A DNA stretch of 64,000 nucleotides from an uncultured cyanobacterium (GTDB taxonomy: Bacteria; Cyanobacteriota; Cyanobacteriia; Cyanobacteriales; Cyanobacteriaceae). Position 1 is the first letter of the stretch; each line of letters begins with the position of its first letter. The stretch spans positions 1,358,035 through 1,422,034 of the forward strand of contig CAVQBA010000004.1 in NCBI GenBank assembly GCA_963710605.1. Direction: 5' to 3'. Below, in pieces: positions 1-9,187 of the stretch. A program made the translations under genes and the position numbers. The notes beneath the pieces are model-generated. The model was not told where the DNA came from and searched no databases. It saw only the letters and a program-made list of their open reading frames with translations.

Positions 1-131
1 AACCCATCATCACACAAAGTGCAGAGGCAAACTCTAAAATTATTTGTAAAAATACAACTATATTACTTAATAAATGTTCTAAACTTTCGATCAATTCCAT
101 AATGCGTGTTATCTTACACAATAGATAATTT

Positions 132-1221
132 TTGATCACATATATGATCACTATGACTACTTTAAAACAATTACAACAACAATCCGAAGCAGTTTTTTTA
201 GCTGAAGAAAATACACCCCTTACTTTTAATCAAGATGCTGATATCATCGACTATGATGGTGAAAAGCTAGTTTTGTGCGATCGTAGTAACTGGGGCATAC
301 TTAGCCTCACAAAAGAAGATAGAGCGAGATTTTTACATAACCAAAGCACTAATGATATTGAAGCCTTAAAAACAGGAAATGGATGCGAGACAGTATTTGT
401 TAATTCTACAGGTAGAAATATAGATTTAGCCACAGCTTACATTCAAGATACACAAATATTGTTAATGGTATCTCCTGAGCAAAATAAACATTTGTTTGAT
501 TGGATGGATAGATATATTTTTCCTTTTGATAAAGTTGCACTACAAGATTTAACAAGTGAATATGCGATTTTTACCCTTATTGGCGATCGAAGTAAAGAAA
601 GTTTGTCACAATGGTTGGATGAAGATTGGCTTAACAACGCACCTGAATATAATCATCAGATAATTAAAATTGAAGATATTGAAGTTATCGTTACCGTTGG
701 TTGTGGTTTGAAATTGACAGGTTATAACTTAATTATTCCTCAAGCCCAAGCAGATATTATCTGGCAAAAATTAGTCGAAAAAAACCCAATTTTAATAGGT
801 AGTCAAGGATATGAATATTTAAGAATACAGCAAGGAAGACCAAAACCAGAAGCGGAATTAACCCAAGATTATAATCCTTTAGAAAGCGGTTTATGGGATG
901 CTATTTCTTTCGAGAAAGGTTGTTATATTGGGCAAGAAACGATCGCTCGTTTGAATACTTATAAAGGCGTAAAACAAAGATTGTGGGGAATTAAATTAGC
1001 TCAGAGCGATCGATTTAGAAACCGATAACATAATTACTCTTGATGGTGAAAAAGTCGGTAAAATAACCAGTTATTACCAAACAGATAACAATCAAAATTT
1101 AGCTTTAGGTTATATTCGTACCAAAGCAGGTGGAGAAGGTTTAACTGTAAAGGTAGGTAATACTGAAGCTGAGGTTGTTTCTCTTCCTTTTATTACTCAT
1201 GAATATTATGGTGGTGAATAG
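132..1221 (+). CDS. ygfZ: YgfZ/GcvT-like folate-binding protein, split by one frameshift near 1003-1010
   Basis: KGCYIGQETIAR signature. A second frame continues (DNIITLDGEKVGKITSY...ALGYIRTKAGG) to TAG at 1219-1221. Confidence 0.85.
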
Positions 1222-1235
1222 TAGTAAAATTAATG

Positions 1236-1255
1236 ATATAGTAAATTTACTATAT
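1236..1255. promoter_or_regulatory. Perfect 20-bp palindrome, likely antitoxin operator
   Basis: ATATAGTAAA|TTTACTATAT immediately upstream of the toxin gene. Confidence 0.65.
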
Positions 1256-1261
1256 TTTTAG

Positions 1262-1642
1262 TTGAGAGTCTTAAAATTGAATGAGTTAGACTTACCTGTT
1301 ATTCGTCCTCTAATTTGGTTAGGAAATAGTAAAAAGAATGTGATTGTTTTTCCTGATGAGGTGAAAAAATTGCTCGGCGATGAATTACAATTAATTCAAT
1401 TTGGAGGTATGCCTAAAGATGCAAAACCATTTAAAGGAATTGGTAGTGGAGTTGTTGAGATTGCCATTAAATATGATAAAGAAGCTTATCGTTGCATACA
1501 GGCATTACAATTAGGGAAAAAAATATATATTCTTCACGCTTTTCATAAAAAATCAAAACAAGGTATAAAAACTTCAAAACAAGACATAGATTTAATTAAA
1601 AAACGCTATCAAGAAGCATTGGAGTTAGCTAAAAATGATTAA
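1262..1642 (+). CDS. Type II TA toxin, RelE/HigB-like (Gp49/DUF891 type)
   Basis: KPFKGIGSGVVEI...AYR...IYILHAFHKKS motifs; overlaps the downstream HTH gene. Confidence 0.85.
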   Translation: MRVLKLNELDLPVIRPLIWLGNSKKNVIVFPDEVKKLLGDELQLIQFGGMPKDAKPFKGIGSGVVEIAIKYDKEAYRCIQALQLGKKIYILHAFHKKSKQGIKTSKQDIDLIKKRYQEALELAKND

Positions 1643-1967
1643 TCATCAAGAAATAGAATTTGAACAAGGAAGCACTAACGTTTTTGCTGACTTAGGTTTG
1701 CACGAAGCAGAAGAACTTTATACTAGATCTCAAATTGGCTTTCATATTTATCAAGTATTAAAAAAGAAACAATTAAAACAAAAAGAAATCGCATCTTTGT
1801 TAGGTATTTCTCAACCAGATGTTTCTCATTTAATGAACGGACATTTTAGTCGTTTTACAACTGATAAATTACTAGATTTTTTGAAACGTCTTAATCTGAA
1901 AGTGACGATCGAAATTAGTCCTCATCAAAATGGTGAAGCTTATCAACAAATTGCTTTTGTTAGTTAA
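1635..1967 (+). CDS. XRE/HigA-like HTH antitoxin
   Basis: GSTNVFADLG...KQKEIASLLGISQPDVSHLMNG...F motif; toxin-first gene order. Confidence 0.85.
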   Translation: MINHQEIEFEQGSTNVFADLGLHEAEELYTRSQIGFHIYQVLKKKQLKQKEIASLLGISQPDVSHLMNGHFSRFTTDKLLDFLKRLNLKVTIEISPHQNGEAYQQIAFVS

Positions 1968-2016
1968 ACTTTTAATCACTTTAACTGTCAATTATAGATT
2001 GTCCATTAGATTTGTG

Positions 2017-2943
2017 TTATTCAAAATTTCTGAGTTGCTTTGTCGTGAGGGTTGAAACCCTCATTTTAGCGTTTATATTCTCAGATAACTGTTGAATAAA
2101 CTCCTTTGTTTTTCTTGGTAGATAAGAGTGAGCAACATAAACAGCATGGACAGGATAACTTTTCAAAGCATAATTTGGCAAAATTTTACTCACTTCTCCT
2201 TTTTCTAGGGCTTCTTGAAAAAGCCACATCGGTCCTAAATGAATACCCAAACCGTTTTTGACTAACGCTAAAATTGCATTCACGCTATTGACGGTAATAT
2301 TACTTTGCATCTTCAAATATGAAAATTTACTTCCATCAGCAAATTCGAGATCGCTTTTAGCCTGAGTAGGTGAATAGAAAATAAAGTTATAATTTACTAA
2401 ATCCTCTGGCGTTTTAGGTGTACCAAAGTTTTTTAAATAAGTATTACTAGCTACAAGCACTCTGGGTACGTTACCAACTTTTTGAGCAATTAGATTAGAT
2501 TTTGATAGTTTACCAATCCTAACTGCAACATCTATATTTTTCTCAACTAAGTTCATGAAACTACTTCCTAATAATAACTCAGCCGAAAGTTCAGGAGAAT
2601 TGTTAAGCATTTCTTGTACTACAGGAACTACAAATTTAGCACCAAAATCAACAGGTGCACTTATTCTAAGTTTTCCTCGTAGTGTGGTAACTCCACTGGT
2701 TATTTCTTCTTCTAAAGCTATTTCTTCATCAAGTAATCTGCGTAAGCCTTGATAGTATTTTTTACCAAGCTCTGTCGGATGGGTTTGGCGTGTCGATTGA
2801 TGAAGTAATTTTACATTAAGACGTTTTTCTAATGTGGCTATCTTACGGCTAACAGATGAAGGCTCAACGTGCATTTGTTCTGCCGCTTTTTTAAAACTCC
2901 CTGCTTCAACTACTTGAATAAATAATTTTTGAAGACTATACAT
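2017..2943 (-). CDS. LysR-family transcriptional regulator
   Basis: N-terminal GSFKKAAEQM...SSVSRKIATLEKRLNVKL HTH; substrate-binding domain with DVAVRIG. Confidence 0.95.
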   Translation of the reverse strand: MYSLQKLFIQVVEAGSFKKAAEQMHVEPSSVSRKIATLEKRLNVKLLHQSTRQTHPTELGKKYYQGLRRLLDEEIALEEEITSGVTTLRGKLRISAPVDFGAKFVVPVVQEMLNNSPELSAELLLGSSFMNLVEKNIDVAVRIGKLSKSNLIAQKVGNVPRVLVASNTYLKNFGTPKTPEDLVNYNFIFYSPTQAKSDLEFADGSKFSYLKMQSNITVNSVNAILALVKNGLGIHLGPMWLFQEALEKGEVSKILPNYALKSYPVHAVYVAHSYLPRKTKEFIQQLSENINAKMRVSTLTTKQLRNFE

Positions 2944-2951
2944 ATCTATTT

Positions 2952-2968
2952 ATTGCTGATAACGCAAT
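2952..2968. promoter_or_regulatory. Putative LysR recognition site in the divergent promoter
   Basis: ATTGC-N7-GCAAT dyad containing T-N11-A, between lysR and the SDR gene. Confidence 0.55.
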
Positions 2969-3061
2969 TTATAATTGCATTTTATCCTACTACCCTTATT
3001 TTTATCAATTAGTTAAAATATTTGAGCAGGTGGAATTACGGACTGAAAAACAGGCTAGTCA

Positions 3062-3847
3062 TTGCATGAAAATTTTAATCCTCAAAAAACTATGTCCAAA
3101 AATGATTTAACCGATAAGATTGTTCTTGTTACAGGTGGTGCGAAAAATCTAGGAGGACTTATTAGTCTAGAGTTTGCTAGTAAAGGAGCAAAGATAGTTG
3201 TTCATTACCATAGTAAGACCACACAAAAGGATGCAGAAGCTACAGTAAAAGCTATTCAACAATTAGGTAATAAAGCTTTTGCTATCCAAAGTGATTTAAC
3301 CAAAATAGATAATATTACTGCTTTATTTGAGCAAACTAAAGAACGATTTGGTGGAATAGATATTTTAGTTAATACGGTAGGCAAAGTATTACGTAAACCG
3401 ATCGTTGATACTACCGAAGCTGAATTTGATTTTATGTTCGATGTTAATGCTAAAACTGCTTATTTTTTGATCAAAGAAGCAGGGAAACATCTTAATGATA
3501 ATGGCAAGATAATTACGATCGTCACATCTTTATTAGCGGCATTTACAGATGGTTACTCAACTTATGCGGGTGCAAAAGCTCCAGTAGAAGACTTCACCCG
3601 TGCGGCGGCAAAAGAGCTTGCCAATAGAGGGATTTCGGTTACTGCGATCGCTCCAGGACCAATGGATACACCTTTTTTCTATGGAGAAGAAACACCAGAG
3701 AGGGTCGAATTTCATAAATCACAAGCAATGGGTAATCAATTGACTCAAATTGAAGATATAGTTCCGATTGTCAGATTTTTAGCCACAGAAGGTTGGTGGA
3801 TAACTGGTCAAACAATCTTCGCTAATGGGGGTTATACCACAAGATAA
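3062..3847 (+). CDS. Short-chain dehydrogenase/reductase (true start possibly ATG 3092)
   Basis: TGGAKNLG Rossmann motif, YAGAK catalytic YxxxK, APGPMDT, ITGQTIFANGG. Confidence 0.95.
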   Translation: MHENFNPQKTMSKNDLTDKIVLVTGGAKNLGGLISLEFASKGAKIVVHYHSKTTQKDAEATVKAIQQLGNKAFAIQSDLTKIDNITALFEQTKERFGGIDILVNTVGKVLRKPIVDTTEAEFDFMFDVNAKTAYFLIKEAGKHLNDNGKIITIVTSLLAAFTDGYSTYAGAKAPVEDFTRAAAKELANRGISVTAIAPGPMDTPFFYGEETPERVEFHKSQAMGNQLTQIEDIVPIVRFLATEGWWITGQTIFANGGYTTR

Positions 3848-4074
3848 ATCAATAATTAATAATTAATAATTACCTCTGGCATGAAAAGAAGAGGATTGAC
3901 TAATTATGTACATTTTTATTTTTTATCCTCAACCAAGGGCAAGTTTTGAACCACAATTTTTCGGTAATAAAAAATAATATCAAGGTAATTAAATTTTTAG
4001 ACAAAAGCAAATTTTTGTATCTTGATTAGGTCTGATCAAAATTTCAATACTAATATTATAGGAGTAGTTAATTA

Positions 4075-4479
4075 ATGAACTTTATTCAAATGAAAACATT
4101 TAATTCAATTATGTTTTTTAGTTTGCTTTGGAGTGGAATAGGGTTTGCCCCTTTCGTCGCAAATGCTAGTTCACGGATAGAATCAAATAATCTTTTGAGT
4201 CGGCATCAAAGAGTGGACAAAACTTTTGAATGTGGTGGCAAATTTACAGTCTCGATCGAGGAAAATGCTTCTGGCTATTCTTACACAGCCGTTAACGTTC
4301 GTGGTGATGATCTTGTTATCGATGGTGGAACATCTCACACAGGTCGTAATTACGCAATCATCTATGTATTTTCTTACGAAGGTACAGAGTACATATTAGA
4401 AGATTACGGAACTAAAAAAGCCGATTTGAGCATAGCAACTTATCCTCAAAAGCCAGTAACCTACCGTTGCGTCGAATAA
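4075..4479 (+). CDS. Hypothetical secreted protein
   Basis: GGAG RBS, signal-peptide-like N-terminus, two Cys. Confidence 0.6.
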   Translation: MNFIQMKTFNSIMFFSLLWSGIGFAPFVANASSRIESNNLLSRHQRVDKTFECGGKFTVSIEENASGYSYTAVNVRGDDLVIDGGTSHTGRNYAIIYVFSYEGTEYILEDYGTKKADLSIATYPQKPVTYRCVE

Positions 4480-4641
4480 AATACTTGTAGTTGGTTAGGT
4501 TACAAAAAATGAAGACTAAAAACACCTAATCTGATAACTCAATCAATCGGGCGATCGACTATATTAACGTTGTCTTAGTGTAACAGTAACTAACAAAGCC
4601 AATTATACCAAAATAGATCGAGATAAGTAATTCATTGACGA

Positions 4642-6414
4642 TTGTTAGTTTTTTTAAGGAGGTTAGTGATGAAAATAAGTAGTAATTTAAAGTTGAGATT
4701 AAGATGTCGTTCTCAATGGTTGAGCTTAGTGATGACATTTTTCTTTGCTCTAGTCATCAGCTTGATTATTGGTCAACCTAGTTGGGCTGTGTTTCCACTC
4801 CCCCAAGGTTTGGGTACAGACAATACTGTCACTTTACCGAATGGAGTAACTCGCTACGGCAATATTGAAGCGACGACCGTCGAATCTCCTTTAAGCAATA
4901 AAACCTTATTTACGATCGCTTCGGCGACGGTTAAAGATCGTACCTCCCCTGGCGATCGAATAGCTGTAGAGCTTAGAGCCGCCGCAATACGGGATAAACT
5001 TTTGCTTCTCATTGGTCGTCCGATGGACCCTCAAACCTTAGTTTTTGAAGTATCTACTTTACGCAATTCTCCAGTTATCGACGTTCGAGATGCCAAATTT
5101 CCTCAACCTTTAATTATCGCAACTATCACCGAATACGATTCTACCTACACTGGTTTACCAGTAGATGAACTAGCAACACAATGGCGTGATACTCTAGAAA
5201 ATGATCTTCGTAGCGGTTTGGTAGATCTGCCACTGAGTGCACAGCGAATAAGTACGATCGTTACAGGTTTAATAATTTTATCGGCGATCGCACTCATCCT
5301 CAAGTTTGTGATTTCTCGCCGTCAAAAACAGCTTTTAAGCAAAAAAGAAGCAATTACTGCTCAAGTAGAGAGTTCGATCGCTACTAAAGAATTTTCAACC
5401 GAGGATAGTCCAGAAGTTATCCATCAACAGGTTGAGCAAAAACAAGCTAAACTCTTACAAGAAAGAGAGAAAACCTCGACTCTAGATCGTCAGCTTTCAG
5501 CCCTTAGCTTCATCCAATGGCTATTGTTTTGGCTTGTCATTCTAGCCTGGTATAGTGGAGTTGCTTGGGTGGGTTGGGTATCTCCTTACATACTGCTCAA
5601 TTCTCCTATCGGTGAACCCCTCAGAGTTGTTGTTGACTTATTATCAGTCTGGTTTTTAGTTAGTCTTGCGATTCAAATTAGCCGTCGTTTTATTGACTAC
5701 TTGGCTACTGAGCGAGAAGGGCTAGATTTAGGAGATTTGATTGCCTTAGGAGGAGATCATGAGCGTCGTCATCTGCGTGCTACAACTATTGCTGGGGCTT
5801 TAAAAGGTTTAATTACTATTGTGTTAGTTATAATTGGTATCTTATTAGCACTGCGTTCTCTAGAAATCTCTACTGCGTCATTGGTTGCTATCACCAGTGT
5901 TGCAGGTCTGGCAATTACGTTTGGCTCACAAAACTTAGTTAAAGACTTAGTCAATGGCTTTTTTATCTTAGCTGAAGATCAATATGCAGTTGGCGATGTA
6001 ATTAATGTGGGTAATTCCGCAGGTTTGGTCGAAAACCTTAATCTACGGGTTACTCAGCTACGTAGTGATAATGGTGAGTTGGTTACAATTCCTAACAGCA
6101 GTATTACCCAAGTTAAAAATTTAACCCGTAACTGGTCGAGGGTATCATTCAACATTAACATAGCTTACGAAACTGACCCCGATACAGCGATCGAAGTACT
6201 TAAAAAAGTAGCTCAAACTTTTTATCACGACCCCCAATGGCACAGTGCAATGTTATCTGAACCGAAAGTACTAGGTCTCGATAGTGTTTCTAAAAGTGGT
6301 ATATCGATCACTATCTTGATTCAAACCGAACCAGCACAACAATGGGCAGTGGGGCGTGAATTACGTCTGCGTGTTCGTCGTATTTTGGCAGAACATGAAA
6401 TAGATATTGCCTAA
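4642..6414 (+). CDS. MscS-family mechanosensitive channel with large N-terminal periplasmic region
   Basis: GSQNLVKDLVNGFFILAEDQYAVGD...G.VE..NLRVTQLR...IPNS. Confidence 0.92.
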   Translation: MLVFLRRLVMKISSNLKLRLRCRSQWLSLVMTFFFALVISLIIGQPSWAVFPLPQGLGTDNTVTLPNGVTRYGNIEATTVESPLSNKTLFTIASATVKDRTSPGDRIAVELRAAAIRDKLLLLIGRPMDPQTLVFEVSTLRNSPVIDVRDAKFPQPLIIATITEYDSTYTGLPVDELATQWRDTLENDLRSGLVDLPLSAQRISTIVTGLIILSAIALILKFVISRRQKQLLSKKEAITAQVESSIATKEFSTEDSPEVIHQQVEQKQAKLLQEREKTSTLDRQLSALSFIQWLLFWLVILAWYSGVAWVGWVSPYILLNSPIGEPLRVVVDLLSVWFLVSLAIQISRRFIDYLATEREGLDLGDLIALGGDHERRHLRATTIAGALKGLITIVLVIIGILLALRSLEISTASLVAITSVAGLAITFGSQNLVKDLVNGFFILAEDQYAVGDVINVGNSAGLVENLNLRVTQLRSDNGELVTIPNSSITQVKNLTRNWSRVSFNINIAYETDPDTAIEVLKKVAQTFYHDPQWHSAMLSEPKVLGLDSVSKSGISITILIQTEPAQQWAVGRELRLRVRRILAEHEIDIA

Positions 6415-6519
6415 GCTTTTGTAGCAAAAAAGGGCAAAGGAATGATTGCCCAGATGTAAACATTTTAGGAATACTTAATATCTTAACTAACTCATTCTCT
6501 GCTATGTCAAGTTGATCTG

Positions 6520-6557
6520 ACCTCACCCCCAACCCCTCTCCTACTAAGAGAGGGGAG
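6520..6557. repeat. Cyanobacterial short dispersed hairpin repeat; possible terminator between convergent genes
   Basis: ACCTCACCCCCAACCCCTCTCCTACTAAGAGAGGGGAG, with a CCCCTCTC/GAGAGGGG stem. Confidence 0.6.
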
Positions 6558-6680
6558 TTATAATCAGAAAACTTATAGTGATCACTTCTGGTATTTTTAT
6601 GATTTAGCAATCACCTAAGTCATATTTTTATCACTATTTAATTAAAATTGCTAGAATTCTTAATTCTCCATTCTCCATTC

Positions 6681-8012
6681 TCAATTCTCAATTATTCTTA
6701 TGCCCATCAAGGTTTTAATTGCCTCTACATTTTCTTTAATTTTGGGATGCTCTAGAATTTGATTGACATAATCTTGAGTGGCTAAAATGGCTAAATAACG
6801 AGCAGGTGGGTAGTTAACTTTTTGGTCGCCATCTTTGGCGATACCTTCCTCACAATCAAAAAAATCTATTCCATGTCTAATTTTACGATAAGGTACAGTA
6901 CAAGAGCTAATTGTACCTACTCCCATGAAATATCCTGAAGTCAAAAGATTTTTGTCTTTACTACCAATAAATTTGGGTAATAATTGTCCTGCTTTGTCTG
7001 ATTTGGCGGCTGCTATTTTATAGGCTAGTTGACGAAATTCACTATTGTTTTCATATTCTTGTTGATAATTAAGTGATTTTTTATCTTTATATCGATCGAT
7101 TTTGACAGGAAAACTATCATCGGATTGAAATTGAATATACAAATCTAAAATTTCGGCATCAGTTATTTCTGGTGAAATATACATATCCGCAGGAGGATTG
7201 GAAATTATTTGTCTTCCTAAACGAGTATCTATTTCTTCGGTGAAACCTAATTCCACCCAATTAGTGTGAGCATAAAAATCTTGTAAGGTATGTAAAGCCG
7301 CTCCTAAAAAATAACGAGCTTCTTGCCCATTTGGCTTATCGTTACTTAGAATATCAACTATACGCTTTTTAAGATCGATTAAACGAATCGAGCCGTCATG
7401 AAATTGCTCGTTACTAAAATGAATACAAGATACAGTAAATTCAGCACTGAGTAAAAAAGATTCACCCATATCCATGTGTTTATTACTATCACCTATTTCA
7501 ATAATTGCTTTTTGAGTAAATTGTAATTGATTAGTTTCGTTTTCTAATTCTTTTTTTTCTTCAATAACGATCGCTTCTAAGGCTTCTGTTGTCATACTTA
7601 AATGACCTTCATAATTAGGATAAAAAGCAATCAAATCAGGTGTTTTTTGAAGTTCTCCTAAGTTTTTTTTAAGAATATTTTTTTTGATAATTTTGTTATA
7701 TTTTATTTCTTTTTTAGTAGCTATTTTTTCTTTATTTGAATTTTTTTCTTTTGAATAATAATCTACTAACCAGCTATATCGATAACAATAACGATCGTCA
7801 TATTTAGACAAATATTCCTTTGATAAATTAATTTTAGGTGATGATTGCTTGGTAGAATCATTAAGTTGTTCTGTATTTTGAGCATTAACTAAAGGAGAAA
7901 ATAAATTAGAATAATGACGATCGGTAATTGTATTCTGTGCTGATAAATTTAAAGTTAATATTGGTATTAGTATTAAACTGATAACTAAAATGGAAATATA
8001 CTTAAACAACAT
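6681..8012 (-). CDS. Secreted protein with a VWA7-N/HET-C-like (zinc PLC/P1-nuclease fold) domain
   Basis: Signal peptide; H..MT..AL, HFSNE, GAALHTLQDFYAHTNWVELG, GIAKD motifs. Confidence 0.7.
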   Translation of the reverse strand: MLFKYISILVISLILIPILTLNLSAQNTITDRHYSNLFSPLVNAQNTEQLNDSTKQSSPKINLSKEYLSKYDDRYCYRYSWLVDYYSKEKNSNKEKIATKKEIKYNKIIKKNILKKNLGELQKTPDLIAFYPNYEGHLSMTTEALEAIVIEEKKELENETNQLQFTQKAIIEIGDSNKHMDMGESFLLSAEFTVSCIHFSNEQFHDGSIRLIDLKKRIVDILSNDKPNGQEARYFLGAALHTLQDFYAHTNWVELGFTEEIDTRLGRQIISNPPADMYISPEITDAEILDLYIQFQSDDSFPVKIDRYKDKKSLNYQQEYENNSEFRQLAYKIAAAKSDKAGQLLPKFIGSKDKNLLTSGYFMGVGTISSCTVPYRKIRHGIDFFDCEEGIAKDGDQKVNYPPARYLAILATQDYVNQILEHPKIKENVEAIKTLMGIRIIEN

Positions 8013-8241
8013 TGAAAATAAATAATAATGATTACTAATTTATTTATACCCACCCTTAAAAAATTTTTTTAGTGAATATAATTTTAGTTTTAATAAAGTT
8101 AATTAATAGTAAATATAATTAATAATTTGAAAATATATAAAAATATCAGTTATCAAATTCTATCAGTAAATTAGCTAGATTGATAATTTTAATTCTTGTT
8201 ATTCAGAAATAGTTATGAACGATCGACTATTGACAATCTAA

Positions 8242-9123
8242 TTATTTGGATTCATTGGTTGGAGAATCATCACTAAACTTTTCTTGATCATAATAGTAAA
8301 GGGTACGAATAGGATAAGGAATCGTAATTGAGGCTTGATCAAAAGCATCTTTTATATCTAAAATTGCTTCAGTTTGAATGTTTCTAACTATTTTTTGCTG
8401 GGGGGAAGTCCAATAACGCACCACAAAATCGATCGAACTATCACCAAAATTAACTAAATCTATTTCAGGTTGAGGATGAGACAAAACACCATCAAGATTA
8501 CTAACTACTTTAGCCAATAACGATCGAGCTTCTCTTAAAGGAGTATTATAATCGACACCCACCGCTAAATCTGTTCGTCTGCGAGTAAAACCTGTTCTTA
8601 CTTGTACCGAATTAGTAAAAAGATTAGAATTAGGAATTAGGATTTTTTCACCTTGATAAGTACGTATAGTAGTTGTTCTCACATCAATTTGTTCGACAAA
8701 CCCTTCATTACCATCAATAACTATTTCATCATCAATACTAAAAGGTTCTTGTAATAAAATTAAAATACCAGCCAGAAAATTTTTAAATATATCTTGAAAT
8801 GCAAAACCGATCGCTACAGTACTTAATCCTAAAGCACCGACAACATTACCTAAACTTAAACCAGGGAAAGCCAAAACACAAGCGATAAAAAAACCTATCA
8901 CCCACGTAGTAACATAAGCACCTTTAGCAAACAGAATTTGTAAAGATTTGCTTTTAACAGTTCGACGAGCTACTTTTTCAGCAATTTGTTGACTTTTGTT
9001 AGCTACTGAGCGGGTAATTAAAATCGCCACAAACCCCGCAAAAAAACCGGGTATTACTTTAATAAAGTCAGTAATTAGTTCTCGAATACTACTTATAATT
9101 GCTTCAATAAATTGTTTGAACAT
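8242..9123 (-). CDS. MscS-family mechanosensitive channel
   Basis: AIGFAFQDIFKNFLAGILILLQEPFSIDD...IPNS. Confidence 0.95.
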   Translation of the reverse strand: MFKQFIEAIISSIRELITDFIKVIPGFFAGFVAILITRSVANKSQQIAEKVARRTVKSKSLQILFAKGAYVTTWVIGFFIACVLAFPGLSLGNVVGALGLSTVAIGFAFQDIFKNFLAGILILLQEPFSIDDEIVIDGNEGFVEQIDVRTTTIRTYQGEKILIPNSNLFTNSVQVRTGFTRRRTDLAVGVDYNTPLREARSLLAKVVSNLDGVLSHPQPEIDLVNFGDSSIDFVVRYWTSPQQKIVRNIQTEAILDIKDAFDQASITIPYPIRTLYYYDQEKFSDDSPTNESK

Positions 9124-9187
9124 TATTATTTATTAATCCTAATTTAATCAACATAGAAAAAATTTATTCTTATTCATCAATAATCAA

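Noticed and set aside
6311-6610. 99-aa ORF containing SPLLVGEGLGVRS
   Set aside because: Translation of the dispersed hairpin repeat plus antisense mscS; not a credible gene.
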